Shown one piece after another: positions 61,035-64,000 of a DNA stretch of 64,000 nucleotides (position 1 is its first letter; each line of letters opens with the position of its first letter). Position numbers and translations under genes: made by a program. Under the pieces are notes generated by a model. The model saw nothing but the letters and a program-made list of their open reading frames with translations. It did not search any database and was not told the DNA's origin. This DNA is from Planctomycetota bacterium (lineage in GTDB: Bacteria > Planctomycetota > UBA1135 > UBA2386), in contig OZ245006.1 of NCBI GenBank assembly GCA_965223545.1, positions 4,512,001-4,576,000 on the forward strand. The letters run 5' to 3'.

Positions 61035-61949
61035 CTAGTCTCGCACAGTCGGCTTGTTGTCACCCGCCTCCAGCCAACGCGCCATCAGGGCGCGCATGGC
61101 GGCGCGGTCGTAGGCCCAGAGGTCGACGTGGCCGGCACCGCCGATCCACTGCAGCTGCTTGACCCGCGCGCCGCTCGCGGCAAACAGGTCCTCGGTCAGA
61201 CCCTCGCCGACCGACCGGTCGGCGTCGCCACACACCAACAGGGTCGGCATGCGCAGCGCGCGGATGGCATCGACCGGGCGAAGTTCCCGACGGTCGATCC
61301 CCAACAGCCACTGGCAGCCGAGGTGCATCGGCCACAGCGAGACATCGGGGGCCGGCACCCACGGCACGCGATTCTGCAGTGCGCTGTCGATGTCGCGGTA
61401 GCACGCCTCGAGCACGACGAAGGCCCAACCCGTGTCGGTGCCGGCGTAGACCACCGCCGCCGCGCCCAACGACTGGCCGTGTGCGGCGATGGTGTCGTAG
61501 CCGGTGCCGGCAAGCCACGCGTGCCAGGCGCGCAAGTCGAGGGCCTCGTGCCAGCCCATCGAGATCCGTGCCGGATCGCTTTCGCCGGTGCCGCGCAGGT
61601 CGACCAGCAGCGCATCCCAGCCGTGCTCGAGGTAGAACGCGGCGCGTTCGACGAGGGCGCTGCGCGTGCCGGCGACGCCGGTGACCAAGACGACGACGCG
61701 CGCGCGGGTGCCACCACTGCGCGCCAGCCAGCCGCGCACGGTGAGGCCGTCGGCGGTGACGACCGCGGCCGGCTCGACGGCATGGCCGGCGATCTCGGTG
61801 CGCGCCGCGACCGGGCGATTGCGCGGTTGGGTCAGCACCACCGCGACGACGATTCCGCCGGCGAACCAGAGCACGGCCGGCGCGACGACGAACACCGAGA
61901 ACCACACGCGCCAGCGGCGCCAGAGTGGCCGCGGCGCGGCGCGGGTCAC
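61035..61949 (-). CDS. Alpha/beta hydrolase
   Basis: DLRGTGES, HGQSLGA, G..D, GAGH. Confidence 0.85.
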   Translation of the reverse strand: MTRAAPRPLWRRWRVWFSVFVVAPAVLWFAGGIVVAVVLTQPRNRPVAARTEIAGHAVEPAAVVTADGLTVRGWLARSGGTRARVVVLVTGVAGTRSALVERAAFYLEHGWDALLVDLRGTGESDPARISMGWHEALDLRAWHAWLAGTGYDTIAAHGQSLGAAAVVYAGTDTGWAFVVLEACYRDIDSALQNRVPWVPAPDVSLWPMHLGCQWLLGIDRRELRPVDAIRALRMPTLLVCGDADRSVGEGLTEDLFAASGARVKQLQWIGGAGHVDLWAYDRAAMRALMARWLEAGDNKPTVRD

Positions 61950-62182
61950 AGCGCGGCTTCGATCTTCTTGAAGTCGGCGCCCAGGATCGGCGGCCCGTCA
62001 TCGACGACGGTCACCGGGATCGACATGAAGCCCATCTGCACCAACTCTTGCTGGGCCTGCGTGTCGCTGTGGATGTCCTTGACCTCGAACTCCAAACCCT
62101 TCTGGCCAAGGAACTCCTTGACCTGTGTGCACGCGCCTCAACCGGCGCCGCTGTAGACGACGATCTTCTTCTGTTCGCTCAT
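61946..62182 (-). CDS. Glutaredoxin/NrdH-like selenoprotein (UxxC)
   Basis: MSEQKKIVVYSGAG-U-GACTQVKEFLGQKGLEFEVKDI...MSIPVTVVD...IEAAL*; in-frame TGA at 62138-62140. Confidence 0.85.
62104..62123 (-). promoter_or_regulatory. Candidate bacterial SECIS hairpin
   Basis: GGUCAAGG-AGUU-CCUUGGCC begins 14 nt after the UGA. Confidence 0.65.
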
Positions 62183-62249
62183 GCGCGGAGGATAGCAGCC
62201 GCTTGATCCGCGTGCCAGGTCGGCCGGGTGCGGTTGGTCCGAGCTCGCG

Positions 62250-64000
62250 TCAGTAGACCGGGCGGACGAAGCGAACGCCGATCTCGCGGCTGGCCACGTC
62301 GTGATACTCGGTGGCTTCGAAGCCGAACGAGAGCACCGCGGCCGGCGGTGCCGCGCAGCCACCGCCGCGGATCACCCGTTCGTCCGGTTGCGCGCCGGCA
62401 TCGCGCACCCACTCGAAGACGTTGCCGAGCGTGTCGTACAGGCCCCAATCGTTGGCCGCGCGGCTGCCGACGCGCCGCGGCACGTTCTCGTCGCCAGTCG
62501 CCGCGTTGGCTTCGGGCGCCAGCACGGCGAAGCGCGCCAGGTCTGCCCCGGTGGTGGGTTGCCGGTCGGTGCAGCCGGCGCGCGCCGCGTACTCCCACTG
62601 TGCGCCGCTGGGCAACGCCAGGCCGTAGCGCCGCGCGATCGCGTCGCATTTCGACCAAGTCTTGGACTCGACCGGATGGGTCGCGGTGACCTCCACCGGT
62701 TCGGGAGTGCGGAACTTCTGCCCCGGCTTGTAGTAGCCGGCGTCGCCGTCGTCGCTCAGCCGCAGCCATTGGGCCTTGGTCAGCTCGTGCGCCGCGGCGA
62801 AGAACGGCGGTGCGCCGCCGGACGCCGGCAGCAGCACGAAGACGATGCCGGTCGTCGCGTCGACCTGCACGCGACCGTCGGCGCCGCGCTCCGGCAGCGC
62901 CGTCGGGTCCGCCGCGGACGGCAGGTGCACGCACTCGAGCAGGCCCGTGGTCGGATGCGTGCCCAGGGGTGCGAGCCCGAGCTGGGGGCGGAGCTCGAAC
63001 CCTTCGAAGCGCGGGTCGGCGGCGACCGCTCGCCGCGCGGCGTCCCACGCCGCCGCGTGCCGTTCGACCGATAGAGCGGTGACGCGCTCGGCCCAGGCGA
63101 TGCGGGCGCGCACGCCCAAGGGGCCGTCGACGTGCCGGTGCTGGAACGCGTCGAGCTCGGCGATCGCATCATCGGCGGCCTTGGCCAAGAACGCCTGCGA
63201 GTCGACCGACAGCGGGCCATCGGCGGCGCGCGCAGTGTCGCGCAGCGAGTCGCGCGTCGCGCGCAACGCGTCGCGCTTGGCCAGCAGCGGCTCGGCGTGG
63301 CCGGTCATCCACTGCCGCAGCGCGGCCAAGTGTCGCGGCCACGCCGGGTGCAGCGGCAGCTGGGCCTCGATCGCGCGCTGCACCTGCGGCCCCGTGGCGA
63401 CCTGATCGAAGCGCCGCAGGGCGCTCTCCGAGCGCAGGTAGAGCCACAGGACCACGACCAGCGCGACCCCCTGGCTGGTGAGGAACGCGGCGGCGAGCGG
63501 GTGGCGCACGACCCAGCGGCGCGCGTGTTCCAGTCGGCCGACGTCGCGGGCCAGCACCGGCTGGCCACGGCGCACGCGCGCCAGATCGTCGGCCAGCGCG
63601 GCCGCGTTCGCGTAGCGCCGCTCGCGGTTCTTCTCCAGACAGGTGGCGACCACGGCGCCGAGGGCTGTGGGCAGCGACTCCAGGCGGTCGACCCGTGGTG
63701 GATCGACGGTGAGGATCTCCTGGAACAGCTGGTCCATCGTCGGCGCGGCAAACGGCCGGCGCAGGGTGAGCGCCTCGAACAAGGTCGCGCCGAGCGAGTA
63801 GACGTCGGTGCGCCGGTCGAGCTTGATGCGGTGCGCGGTGAGCTGTTCGGGCGACATGTAGGCCGGCGTGCCGAGCAGGTCGCCGGAGAGGGTCAGGTCG
63901 CGGTCGTCGTCGTCGTCGCGCGCCAAGCCGAAGTCGAGCACCACGGCTTCGCCATCGGGCGTCACCATGAGGTTGCTCGGCTTGACGTCGCGGTGCAGGA
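62250..64000 (-). CDS. Ser/Thr kinase fused to an FGE-sulfatase domain (partial, N-terminus beyond the window)
   Basis: HRDVKPSN, DFGLA, YMSPEQ, DVYSLG; LPS.AQWEYAARAG, LGNVFEW, RGG. Confidence 0.9.
   Translation of the reverse strand, partial: LHRDVKPSNLMVTPDGEAVVLDFGLARDDDDDRDLTLSGDLLGTPAYMSPEQLTAHRIKLDRRTDVYSLGATLFEALTLRRPFAAPTMDQLFQEILTVDPPRVDRLESLPTALGAVVATCLEKNRERRYANAAALADDLARVRRGQPVLARDVGRLEHARRWVVRHPLAAAFLTSQGVALVVVLWLYLRSESALRRFDQVATGPQVQRAIEAQLPLHPAWPRHLAALRQWMTGHAEPLLAKRDALRATRDSLRDTARAADGPLSVDSQAFLAKAADDAIAELDAFQHRHVDGPLGVRARIAWAERVTALSVERHAAAWDAARRAVAADPRFEGFELRPQLGLAPLGTHPTTGLLECVHLPSAADPTALPERGADGRVQVDATTGIVFVLLPASGGAPPFFAAAHELTKAQWLRLSDDGDAGYYKPGQKFRTPEPVEVTATHPVESKTWSKCDAIARRYGLALPSGAQWEYAARAGCTDRQPTTGADLARFAVLAPEANAATGDENVPRRVGSRAANDWGLYDTLGNVFEWVRDAGAQPDERVIRGGGCAAPPAAVLSFGFEATEYHDVASREIGVRFVRPVY

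Overview
GC-rich bacterial DNA, probably Planctomycetota (inferred from the sulfatase-like enzyme, Ser/Thr kinases, ECF sigma factor and many secreted beta-propeller proteins). Core-like flanks (1-16 kb and 42-64 kb) carry pip, a triple FKBP, efp/epmA/epmB and what looks like a split GDP-heptose surface-glycosylation pathway (GT2, GT75-like mutase and Cj1427-like dehydrogenase at 13-16 kb; hddC, hddA, Fcl-like, SDR, UGDH-like, GT-C, gmhB and gmhA at 46-56 kb). Between them lies a patchy, lower-GC accessory island (about 16-42 kb). It holds an IS1182-type element interrupted by a group II intron, IS66, IS1634, two to three rve-integrase elements, a decayed IS91/ISCR element with a duplicated oriIS, and an REase-NACHT-FGE candidate defence gene. 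Main observations: (1) a lipoprotein with a gasdermin-like domain plus a PPC domain inserted between efp and epmB; (2) a group II intron whose EBS1/EBS2 exactly match the IS terminal repeat plus its CTAG target, with an empty matching site at the other IS end; (3) a UxxC glutaredoxin selenoprotein with a SECIS-like hairpin that the ORF track misses; (4) a C-terminal domain shared by six otherwise unrelated secreted proteins. I saw no rRNA, tRNA or CRISPR array. All family assignments come from motif recognition by eye, not database searches.
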